DNA of 64,000 nucleotides from a virus (lineage: Duplodnaviria; Caudoviricetes). Made by a program: the position numbers and the translations under genes. How positions within the stretch are numbered: the stretch's first letter is position 1; every line of letters begins with the position of its first letter. This document shows, piece by piece, positions 47,586-55,420 of this stretch. The DNA lies in the IMG/VR virus record IMGVR_UViG_3300001525_000506, positions 1 through 64,000 of that record; one strand, 5' to 3'. The notes beneath the pieces were generated by a model. That model ran no database searches and was not told where the DNA came from. It worked only from the letters and a program-made list of their open reading frames with translations.

Positions 47586-47834
47586 TCATTGTTTCAGCGC
47601 GTTTATCAAATCTTGCGGATTGATACCTTGCTGTTTGCACATATTTTCCAAGACCGTTTGCGGATTTTGTCCTTTGCACATTCGCATAACTTGTGCGAAT
47701 CTTGGGTCGTTTTGTAACATAGCCATAGGATTGCCTCGTGCCATTCCCATAATGCCTTTGACTTGTTGAATATTTTGCATTAGTTGCGGAGGCAAACCGC
47801 CGCCGCTACCACCGCCGTTTCCAAGTATGTTCAT
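47586..47834 (-). CDS. Gln/Met/Asn-rich small protein (cassette gene 2)
   Basis: GNP...NPQ...CKQQGINP. Confidence 0.8.
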   Translation of the reverse strand: MNILGNGGGSGGGLPPQLMQNIQQVKGIMGMARGNPMAMLQNDPRFAQVMRMCKGQNPQTVLENMCKQQGINPQDLINALKQ

Positions 47835-47933
47835 TTTTCGTCTCCTATTCCGATAAATTCACGAAGTGCTTTGTTTTCGCGTTCGAGTTCGACTACGCGT
47901 TCGCGCAGTTTCTTGTTTTCGGTCGCGAGTCGC

Positions 47934-48413
47934 TTACTTGGCTGTGCCGTTGTTGCTACTGTTGACGATGTTTGTTCCTGTTCCATTCGCAGTTCCACTC
48001 CTTACTACTGTTATTTTCGATATTTTGTCTGTAAGCGCTTTCAATTCGTCCTGTAATGCCTCAAATTCGCCTCTCGGCACATATCCCGACAAATCCACTT
48101 GCGGTTGCGCTTGTTGCGTCGTATCGCTGTTACACTCGGTTATTTCATAGGCTTTGACTTCGAATTGTCCATTCGCGTCAACTTTCTTTTGATACAATAT
48201 CGATTTCTCGTTATCTAAGAATATAAATTCACTATTAGGCGGGAGCGGACGCATACGAACATCCTCGATACCGCTTACGAACGTTTTATTCGTGTTCACT
48301 TGCGACGGGACAGGTTGTTGTTGCGGTGGCATCGAATACGGATTAAACGGATATCCGAACGGTTGCGTCGCTGTCGGCATCGTGTTGAAACTGTAATTGG
48401 GATAATTAGCCAT
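47934..48413 (-). CDS. Pro/Gln-rich protein (cassette gene 1)
   Basis: GGAGG RBS; FVSGIE...FLDNE...YVPRGEFEAL. Confidence 0.8.
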   Translation of the reverse strand: MANYPNYSFNTMPTATQPFGYPFNPYSMPPQQQPVPSQVNTNKTFVSGIEDVRMRPLPPNSEFIFLDNEKSILYQKKVDANGQFEVKAYEITECNSDTTQQAQPQVDLSGYVPRGEFEALQDELKALTDKISKITVVRSGTANGTGTNIVNSSNNGTAK

Positions 48414-48519
48414 TTTCGTTTTCCTCCAGGATTAAAAATATATGTTCATCGTTGTCGAGTACGGTATATATCGAACTCGGCTCGACTTGTATCAATCCTA
48501 ATTCTTCATAAATTTCCAT
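48406..48519 (-). CDS. possible 37-aa acidic peptide (MEIYEELG...)
   Basis: ORF between promoter TTGAAT-17-TACAAT and cassette gene 1. Confidence 0.35.
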   Translation of the reverse strand: MEIYEELGLIQVEPSSIYTVLDNDEHIFLILEENENG

Positions 48520-48612
48520 AGCCGTACCGCCTTGTGATTTCTTTCAACTTGATTGTAAAGCCTGTTTTTGCGAAATTCAATCTACAGTTAATCTACATTT
48601 TCGAAAAAGTTG

Positions 48613-48652
48613 TATAAAAAAACGAGAAAAACCGTCAGAAATGACGGTTAAT
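48613..48652 (-). terminator. terminator of the ncRNA cluster
   Basis: AACCGTCA-TTTC-TGACGGTT then U-rich tail. Confidence 0.8.
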
Positions 48653-48790
48653 CTCGGTTACTATGATATAGAGGAGTTAGTTGCGCCTTTATGCTCGCCT
48701 ACGGTTGCGACCCTTATCTCTCCTATGCAACATTACGGAGTGATTAGTTCCATATAGGACTAATCAAATATAAACGGGCACAAAGGCTTG

Positions 48791-48871
48791 TGGTGGAGCT
48801 GACGAGAATCGAACTCGTTTCTTACGCAGTGCGCTTTGGCTTTATGCGCAATCGAAACCATTCTCAACCCC
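48791..48871 (-). ncRNA. mini-tmRNA: tRNA-like domain only (81 nt)
   Basis: GGGGTTG-AGAATGGTTTCGA-TTGCGCA-(16 nt)-TGCGTAA-GAA-ACGAG-TTCGATT-CTCGT-CAGCTCC-A-CCA; G3:U70, A73, encoded CCA. Confidence 0.8.
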
Positions 48872-48959
48872 ATATTCCGCGCGACTTTTTACATCCACAC
48901 GGAACTCAAATAGGGAGGAATAAAACGTTCCGTATCGCGCTTGTGGATATTGTGGGGTT

Positions 48960-49049
48960 GTAGACGACGTCGGATTTGCACCCAACAATTCAGGTTATTA
49001 GAGGAGAACGTTACCTGCGTGTTTCGTTACACTAATCGTCCACGTCGTT
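48960..49049 (-). ncRNA. degenerate tRNA-like element
   Basis: ACGACGT/ACGTCGT acceptor-like stem, GGTGCAAATCC T-loop-like, CAGGT/ACCTG stem with 17-nt loop; no canonical anticodon loop or CCA. Confidence 0.4.
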
Positions 49050-49058
49050 TGTGCCATT

Positions 49059-49088
49059 ATAATATCACTTCATATATGGCTGTGTCAA
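49059..49088 (-). promoter_or_regulatory. class II promoter of the ncRNA cluster
   Basis: CCCCTC-TTGACA-18-TATTAT. Confidence 0.7.
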
Positions 49089-49530
49089 GAGGGGTTATCA
49101 ATATATTTTTGCAATTTCTTTTTATAACGCCACCTGTCTTGCTTTATCGTTTGCGCGTCAACAAAATATCGTTTCGCAATATCTTCGTCTTGTTCCGTTC
49201 CGCGTATGATATCCCACACGTATTCGATACGGTTATGGCGCACTTTGCTTTCAAGACAAATCGATATGAATTCGTCCTTGGTGCAAGAATAAATCGATAT
49301 CTTCGGCGTTTGAGCCTCTTTTAGCGCGTTTCTGACATCGACATAGTCTTGAATCTTGTACAAAATAAAGCACAAAATCAATTCTACGACCACACCCGAT
49401 AATATGCTGTTATATGCTTGTCGAATAAGAACGCGAACGCAAATATCATCAAGAATATAAAGGCATATAATCCGTACTTGTACGCTAAGAATTTTATGCG
49501 CAATCTTTTAGGTAATAAATTATTTTGCAT
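49085..49530 (-). pseudogene. membrane-anchored HTH regulator split by a 1-nt frameshift near 49408
   Basis: ORF 49384-49530 plus ORF 49085-49393; adding one A joins FDKHIT to SILSGVVVELILCF (TM) and a C-terminal HTH (EDIAKRYFVDAQTIK). Confidence 0.6.
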
Positions 49531-49672
49531 CTTTCTTAGACTCTTTTTCCTTGATAATCGCGATAGTCTTTTCGATAGCAGCGATATCGTCGGGATTTTT
49601 AAGTGTCTTCTTGAAATCTTCAAGTTGTGCTACAGTTTTGGACATAAACAATGAACCCAAGAACCAACCCAT
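49520..49672 (-). CDS. 50-aa peptide (MGWFLGSLFMSKTV...)
   Basis: AAGGAGG RBS; coupled to both neighbours; not in the ORF track. Confidence 0.7.
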   Translation of the reverse strand: MGWFLGSLFMSKTVAQLEDFKKTLKNPDDIAAIEKTIAIIKEKESKKDAK

Positions 49673-50241
49673 TATTCAACAGCCTCCTTTTTAGTTTTTC
49701 TTAAACACACGTACATATAGTACAGCGCTATCATAATATAATAATCTATTGCGAAAACGACTGTAAATATGACATTGTTCGCAAATATAGCCAATTCTTT
49801 TCCTCTTATATACAATGACGCAATTTGGAATAAAACGTTCAAAGCCAATCCCAAGAATCCCGTCCACCACTTCTTGCTCAAAACTGCGGGCAATACGATA
49901 AACATAACGCATTCGAGCGCAAAACCGATTTTGGGGAAGAAAAATTTTATGAACCAAACGGGTATATTTACGCTTTCGATTACAAGTAGTTGTTTCCAAC
50001 TCGGTTTCGGCGTAAGTCCCGATGACAAGATAATGAACGTGTTCGAAACTACTGATAATGCACCACCGACGATATAGGTTACATATATGCCGTCGGATGA
50101 TAGCCAATTACAAACGTCTATAAAACGTTGGTTCGAGATTGCGACTTCAAAAACTTTGCTACCGCATAACTTGAATATCATACATATTGCCAGCAAGCAC
50201 CAGCATATTATGATACAAGTCTTTATCGCTTTCTTATTCAT
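49672..50241 (-). CDS. polytopic membrane protein
   Basis: About 6 hydrophobic segments. Confidence 0.8.
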   Translation of the reverse strand: MNKKAIKTCIIICWCLLAICMIFKLCGSKVFEVAISNQRFIDVCNWLSSDGIYVTYIVGGALSVVSNTFIILSSGLTPKPSWKQLLVIESVNIPVWFIKFFFPKIGFALECVMFIVLPAVLSKKWWTGFLGLALNVLFQIASLYIRGKELAIFANNVIFTVVFAIDYYIMIALYYMYVCLRKTKKEAVE

Positions 50242-50318
50242 AATTTTTCCCTTTTGCGTATAAAAATCCCCTAATGAAAAGCATTCAACTTTATCATTAG
50301 GGGTTTAGGTTTGGTCTA

Positions 50319-51353
50319 TTATTTAGTTTGTTCTGCTTTCCAGGCTTGGAAGTTGCCTTTATATCCGTTTGCAATCGCAACTCTAAATGCTTGCTCTTCT
50401 TTCGCCTTTTCGACTTCTGCCGCCTTCTCAGCTTCTGCTTTTTGTTTCTCGGCAACATAATCGTCAAGAGAAACATCTACGGAGACGGAACCATCAAGCA
50501 TACCTGCGCGCCATTCGGATTCATATTTAGTCCTTGCGGCTTCTGCTTGAGCTTTTTCTTGTTCCAACTTTTCTTCCTCAGCTTGTTTCGCAGCCTCTTC
50601 CTCAGCCTCGAAATCTTGCTCCGCTTTCAAAATCGCGTCATAAGCCTTATCGAAACCGACTTTTTCAGCAATCTTTCTGCCTTCATATTGTTTTACATTC
50701 TCGAAGCCAGCGCCTTTTACGCCGAAAATGTTCGCGATAAACAACACGATACAGATAATAACGCCGATGCAAATATTTGCCCACAACGGGAGCTCTACGT
50801 GACCGACGAGCAAACCGCAAGTGGTTGCGCCGCCTGTTGCTACAGAAGCAATAAGACCAGAAACCATACCAACGATGGTCTTCGGGTTTCTCTTCAAAAA
50901 GTTCAAGAATTTGTTTTCCTTGATTTTTTCCTTACACATATCTATAAACCTCAATATTTTATTTATTTTATCGTTACCTTCTTTATAGGTAAGCTTTTTT
51001 ACTGCAGGTTTCAGTACAACTGTAATACCTTTCGCAAGTCCCTTTGCTGTGACTTTTACGGTTTGTGTTAGTACAACTACTAATAAAAACGATAAGGTTT
51101 TGGCGATAACGGTTGTTATTGTGTATGCTATTGCCTCTTCTATAAATTCTTCTATAATTTCGTATGTAAGAAGTAATCCGAACCCCTTACAAAACGTCTT
51201 TATCCAAGAACCAAATTTCCCCTTGTTTTCGTGAACCTTATTACAAGACGAGCGACACCATTTCGGGCACAGCGTCGGATGCGACTTCAACAACGTTTTG
51301 CTCATCTTGCGCCTCCGATGCCTCAACAACGGGCTCTTCAACCACATCGACAA
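50319..51353 (-). CDS. membrane protein with charged coiled-coil tail (start uncertain)
   Basis: TM segments then an E/K/A-rich tail; 5' end overlaps the upstream gene. Confidence 0.65.
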   Translation of the reverse strand: MSMWLKSPLLRHRRRKMSKTLLKSHPTLCPKWCRSSCNKVHENKGKFGSWIKTFCKGFGLLLTYEIIEEFIEEAIAYTITTVIAKTLSFLLVVVLTQTVKVTAKGLAKGITVVLKPAVKKLTYKEGNDKINKILRFIDMCKEKIKENKFLNFLKRNPKTIVGMVSGLIASVATGGATTCGLLVGHVELPLWANICIGVIICIVLFIANIFGVKGAGFENVKQYEGRKIAEKVGFDKAYDAILKAEQDFEAEEEAAKQAEEEKLEQEKAQAEAARTKYESEWRAGMLDGSVSVDVSLDDYVAEKQKAEAEKAAEVEKAKEEQAFRVAIANGYKGNFQAWKAEQTK

Positions 51354-51558
51354 TACCCAATCTCGATTTCAAATCATCACGATAGGCAATTACTTGCGCA
51401 ATATTTTCTTCGGTGTATTCCGCAACATTCGCTTGTGCTTGTTCGTAAGCAATCTTTGCTTCTTCAAGTTTTTCAACGGCTTTATCTTTGCCGTCAATCC
51501 ACTCGTTACACTCATCGAGTTTATCTCGCATAAGTTTTTCGATGTTGATAAGTTCCAT
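51241..51558 (-). CDS. acidic coiled-coil protein
   Basis: AGGAG RBS. Confidence 0.75.
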   Translation of the reverse strand: MELINIEKLMRDKLDECNEWIDGKDKAVEKLEEAKIAYEQAQANVAEYTEENIAQVIAYRDDLKSRLGIVDVVEEPVVEASEAQDEQNVVEVASDAVPEMVSLVL

Positions 51559-51580
51559 AATATATCTCCTAATGATATTT

Positions 51581-52207
51581 TCAAATAATTTTTAGTCCAC
51601 TCAATACGCCGAGTGTTATTGCCCCAGCCAGTATTAGACCGAATATAATCCACACTGTGACCTTAATTCTCGGTCGTGTGCGTTCGTCCGCTTTCTCGTA
51701 GCGACAAATGATACCGTCAATCCCGTCTATCAACATTCTAACAAATCCGCACGGTACTTTGATTACAAGTACGCCGATAAGATAGAACGGTGTCAAGAGC
51801 GGAACGACTATCATCTGCAACCACTTGGGCAAGTGAGAAACGATGTTGAACGTGTCAAAAAGCGTCTTGTTGCTGTCGAACTCGGACTTTTGCAACTCGG
51901 TTTCGCTGTCTTTCAAGTCCTTTTTCGTCTTGGTGATTTTCGCTTGTTGCTCACCAATGAGTTCGTCTTGCTTGCCTTTCGCGAGGGCTTGAACGGTTGC
52001 TTCATCTTCCACCGCTTTCGCCGTCGCCATTGCGTTCACGACATCTTTCGCTTGCTCTTCGTAGGATTGGTCTGTATTGAGTTTGAATTTGACATCTTTC
52101 AGCGAAACATCGGCAATCGGCTTGTCCGTGGTATCAGCCACTTGCATAGCCTTTTCTTGCGCATTTTCGCTTTCGATTTTGTCAAAGTCAACCATATCAA
52201 CCATCAT
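51581..52207 (-). CDS. coiled-coil protein with C-terminal TM segments
   Basis: Two hydrophobic C-terminal segments; promoter near 52225-52255. Confidence 0.75.
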   Translation of the reverse strand: MMVDMVDFDKIESENAQEKAMQVADTTDKPIADVSLKDVKFKLNTDQSYEEQAKDVVNAMATAKAVEDEATVQALAKGKQDELIGEQQAKITKTKKDLKDSETELQKSEFDSNKTLFDTFNIVSHLPKWLQMIVVPLLTPFYLIGVLVIKVPCGFVRMLIDGIDGIICRYEKADERTRPRIKVTVWIIFGLILAGAITLGVLSGLKII

Positions 52208-52284
52208 TCTACCTACTCATCTCGCACTATAAACCTTTTATCCGCGAATGTCAATACTTTATGACAATTTTGTTGGAAAAATTT

Positions 52285-52650
52285 TTACAGCAACTTGATT
52301 GTAGCCTCTTTGCTCGCAATCGCCGCCTCGTAATCGTTGATTTGTTTGCGCCAACTCTTGCGTTGCTCTTTAATCGGCGCATAGTCAACTTCAAGCATTT
52401 CGCCCTCCGCAAACTTAATCGCTTGGTAGTCGGTTTTGTTGAGGTTGCGTTTCAAGTCCGAGATTGTGCGCACCAACTCATTGATTTCGTCACGAATTGC
52501 AGCGATATTCAAATTCCTGTTGCGTTGCGAAGTCGCCTCGTCCGCTTTCGCTTGGAAATATGCGCTGTCCTCTTCCGTCATAATGTGCGCATTGTCTGGG
52601 AGAATGTACTTTTGTTTGCTACCATCTTCTTTATCTACTACATATATCAT
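52285..52650 (-). CDS. tail-fibre-associated/assembly-like small protein
   Basis: LNKTDYQAIKFAEG...RKSWRKQIN motif typical of genes ending fibre operons. Confidence 0.6.
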   Translation of the reverse strand: MIYVVDKEDGSKQKYILPDNAHIMTEEDSAYFQAKADEATSQRNRNLNIAAIRDEINELVRTISDLKRNLNKTDYQAIKFAEGEMLEVDYAPIKEQRKSWRKQINDYEAAIASKEATIKLL

Positions 52651-52663
52651 AGATTATACCTCG

Positions 52664-53767
52664 TTAGCCAATCTGTGTTCTTATGTATTCTGCCATAAGA
52701 ATAGCATTCGCTGCTTGAACTGTTATAGGGTCATACAAGACTGTGATTGTGACCTGATTGGTATCTGAATTTTGTACGGTACTATAAGCATTATGACAAA
52801 AACAAATAGTTGGGTCGTTTGACATATCGCTCGAAACCAAAGAATAACCTGTATATGATGCCAACGGAGCACCATTTTTTTCATAGGCAATGAAATCACT
52901 TGAAGAAAAGTTTTTCCATTTACTCAAAAAACTATCAATATCGAAACTATCTTTTATTACATAAGTTCCGCAAGTCATTGCGCCCCTAATTGTCCCACTA
53001 CGGACTTCTTGCCCAGTTATTTTACCGTTGAACTCGGCAACGAGATAACCAATTGCTTTGGCATAGCTTCTTCCTGAATATATTAAATTCCAAGCACCAG
53101 CTCGCCCGTTCTGTGGCGTGGTTTTTTGAGAAGATAGCGCACTGTCTTGTAAATTGTTTAGATTTGTATACGAACCGACATCGGTAGTCGTCCCGCAAAT
53201 AACAGTGAACAAATCGTTTAGCACGCGACAAACTATTGATGTAGCGTAACATTGTGTTGCGGGTATTCCAACGACTGTATCCTCTTTTAGAAATGCGCTT
53301 TCGTTTATGCCAAAACAAAACTGCGGGACATTATTGTCGAACGCTACTTGCGCAAGACCAATTACTAATTTTGCGCCATAACTCGTATGTGAGCCAAGTG
53401 CTGCGTATGAAGTATATGCGCCAGTACAATCAAATACATATTCGACCCCTGAATCGTTCCACGGAATATCGCTCCAATATTTGTCGCTGGTAGGTGCAAC
53501 TTGTGTAAACGCCACATAAATGCCGTTAATAACGAAACGTTTATGGTCGCTGTCATAAGACACTTCTTTATCCCACACTCCATAAACAGTGTCGTACTTT
53601 AACAAATAAGCCAATTGGTCAGGGTCGCTAACATCATTTACTGCTGCAACTGTTATCGTGTAGCCGCCAATAGAAGAAAAATCGTTAAATTTACTATCAA
53701 AAAGCATTCTCAACAATCGTCTGCCGAGAACACCAAGACCGTTTATACCAACTTTCAATTCTGCCAA
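52664..53767 (-). CDS. gap: GAPDH (class I) homologue lacking catalytic Cys and His
   Basis: GINGLGVLGR, AVND, YLLKYDTVYG, IPW..SGVEYVFDCTG, GRAGAWNLI, AKAIG...GKITG, LVSSD; ASCTT replaced by PATQC, HAYT by GSYT; TTG start after AAGGAGG. Confidence 0.88.
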   Translation of the reverse strand: MAELKVGINGLGVLGRRLLRMLFDSKFNDFSSIGGYTITVAAVNDVSDPDQLAYLLKYDTVYGVWDKEVSYDSDHKRFVINGIYVAFTQVAPTSDKYWSDIPWNDSGVEYVFDCTGAYTSYAALGSHTSYGAKLVIGLAQVAFDNNVPQFCFGINESAFLKEDTVVGIPATQCYATSIVCRVLNDLFTVICGTTTDVGSYTNLNNLQDSALSSQKTTPQNGRAGAWNLIYSGRSYAKAIGYLVAEFNGKITGQEVRSGTIRGAMTCGTYVIKDSFDIDSFLSKWKNFSSSDFIAYEKNGAPLASYTGYSLVSSDMSNDPTICFCHNAYSTVQNSDTNQVTITVLYDPITVQAANAILMAEYIRTQIG

Positions 53768-53779
53768 AACTATTCCTCC

Positions 53780-55399
53780 TTAATATATATCATTGAAAAA
53801 ACTCGTTGTCTGTGTACCACCACTAATCGTGCCCAAGTCAATAAGACCGCTGCTGTCAGCCGTATATGTCGTTCCATTCACCTTGACTTGCAAATTCACC
53901 CATTTCGGGGCTAACGAACCGCCTTGCGACATCGCAAATTGACTTGATGAACCGCTGTTACCGCTGAATTGTAAAGACTTTGAAACGTTTATTCCACTAC
54001 TGAATGTTTTGAAACCAGAAAAAGTTTGCGCCTCACCATCCGACATTGTTTGTTGCTTTACCCAAGGACTCCAACTGGCTGGAGGAACTACTGAATAACG
54101 GACATAAGTAGTGAACTCAACAGTGCTATAAGGTCCGATTTTATACAATGTCTGTTTAGCATAATTATTTTTACTCTTTTCAATTTCAAGTATAAACGGC
54201 ATAGTATCCGTAATATCACTCGGTCTATGTGTACAAGTATTACCGCTTGCTGCACGATACCAGCCAACTTCCATAATTGAGTTCAAATTTTCGTTTGTGA
54301 GTTCAGTGTACCCGTGTTTCGAGTTGTCCGTCTCACTGGGAATTGTTGGCTTATCAGCCAGGTCGTTATAAGAACCCGAAGTCGCAACAGCTGCGAGGTC
54401 TGATTTTTCTGCATAATCGACATTTTCTGCTGATGTTACACGACCTTGTGAATTCACATGAACGTTATTATATTTACCTTCAGTTACTCCTGTATTAGCT
54501 AAATTAACTGTAAGACCAGTCCCCTTACCGCTACTTCGTTGTGTGAGTGAAAACGAGCCAGGTGGAAAATAAATCATCTTATATTCAGACCCGTCGTAAT
54601 CAAATTCTCTTCGTACTGAATTGTTTTCAGTTCCAGATACATTTAATACATTTGCAACTTTACTTGCGGTCGGAGTTCCCAAATCCACCAATCCAGTATC
54701 GTCTGGCGATTTCGTTTCGTCTCCTATCTTAACCTGTGTTACAGTGCCCTTATTTGTTGTGTATCCACTATCGTTCGTGAGTTCGGACACTTTGGTCGGC
54801 ACGTCCGAGTACAGAGCCAAGTCATTGCTGTTGTACTTAGGTCTTGTTTCTTTACCACGCAAACGAGCATTATACGAGGAACTACCCATCGTCAGGTCGG
54901 TAGCGTTCATAAAGCCGAATATTGTGCTTGTGCCGCTGTCGGTTATTTGACCGTTCTCACCGTTGTTAAGAGCAATTTTAGACGCATTTGCGCCGTCACC
55001 ACCCGTTACTTTAAGTGGGCTCGTGAGAGTACCGCCCGCAAGTCCGTCAATAGATGTTACCGCACTCGGGACGTCCGATGCCAATGCTAAATCTTTATAC
55101 GTAGTGCCATCGGTTGTGTATTGAGGGCGTGCCAAACTACCACGCAACGTAATTGGGAACGTGGTCTGTCCGAAAAACACTCGCTCGGCATTGAAATGAT
55201 ACATCGCATTGCCTTTCGAGTTTTCAAGCGTGTCCATTTTGGGAGTACCTGTAAATGTCCAAACACCCGAAATCGTTTCCGCATCTGCTTTCTTGGCATA
55301 AACCGAAAGGTCGGGTGGATTGGATAACACATTATATGGTATCCTTACCTCCTCTTTTTCGGTGGCACTTGTTTTTTTATATATCTTATATGTTGCCAT
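53780..55399 (-). CDS. tail fibre protein
   Basis: TGVTEGKYNNVHVNSQGRVT fibre repeat; internal RGxxxRP..DLALxSDVP repeat. Confidence 0.8.
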   Translation of the reverse strand: MATYKIYKKTSATEKEEVRIPYNVLSNPPDLSVYAKKADAETISGVWTFTGTPKMDTLENSKGNAMYHFNAERVFFGQTTFPITLRGSLARPQYTTDGTTYKDLALASDVPSAVTSIDGLAGGTLTSPLKVTGGDGANASKIALNNGENGQITDSGTSTIFGFMNATDLTMGSSSYNARLRGKETRPKYNSNDLALYSDVPTKVSELTNDSGYTTNKGTVTQVKIGDETKSPDDTGLVDLGTPTASKVANVLNVSGTENNSVRREFDYDGSEYKMIYFPPGSFSLTQRSSGKGTGLTVNLANTGVTEGKYNNVHVNSQGRVTSAENVDYAEKSDLAAVATSGSYNDLADKPTIPSETDNSKHGYTELTNENLNSIMEVGWYRAASGNTCTHRPSDITDTMPFILEIEKSKNNYAKQTLYKIGPYSTVEFTTYVRYSVVPPASWSPWVKQQTMSDGEAQTFSGFKTFSSGINVSKSLQFSGNSGSSSQFAMSQGGSLAPKWVNLQVKVNGTTYTADSSGLIDLGTISGGTQTTSFFNDIY

Positions 55400-55420
55400 T
55401 GCGTTTCCGACCTCGTACGA

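Noticed and set aside
48791-48830. attP fragment for integration into host ssrA
   Set aside because: An att duplicate would normally carry only the 3' end. Here the complementary 5' end, D-loop and P2 stem are present and no integrase is in the window. An integrase outside the window cannot be excluded.
48960-49049. Functional canonical tRNA
   Set aside because: 17-nt anticodon-position loop, poor D-stem, irregular T-arm and no CCA; kept only as tRNA-like.
48777-49055. Long-range stem GGCACAAA/TTTGTGCC enclosing the RNA cluster
   Set aside because: The predicted start site (~49052) falls inside the 5' arm, so only part could form; 8 bp may be chance.
49520-50241. agrB/agrD quorum-sensing genes
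   Set aside because: No AgrB catalytic His/Cys motif and no AgrD-type cyclisation motif recognisable.
49672-52207. Classical holin-endolysin cassette
   Set aside because: Membrane proteins are present but no amidase, muramidase or peptidase domain was recognised, so no lysis call is made.
52664-53767. Active glycolytic auxiliary metabolic gene
   Set aside because: Catalytic Cys and His positions are substituted and the context is structural.
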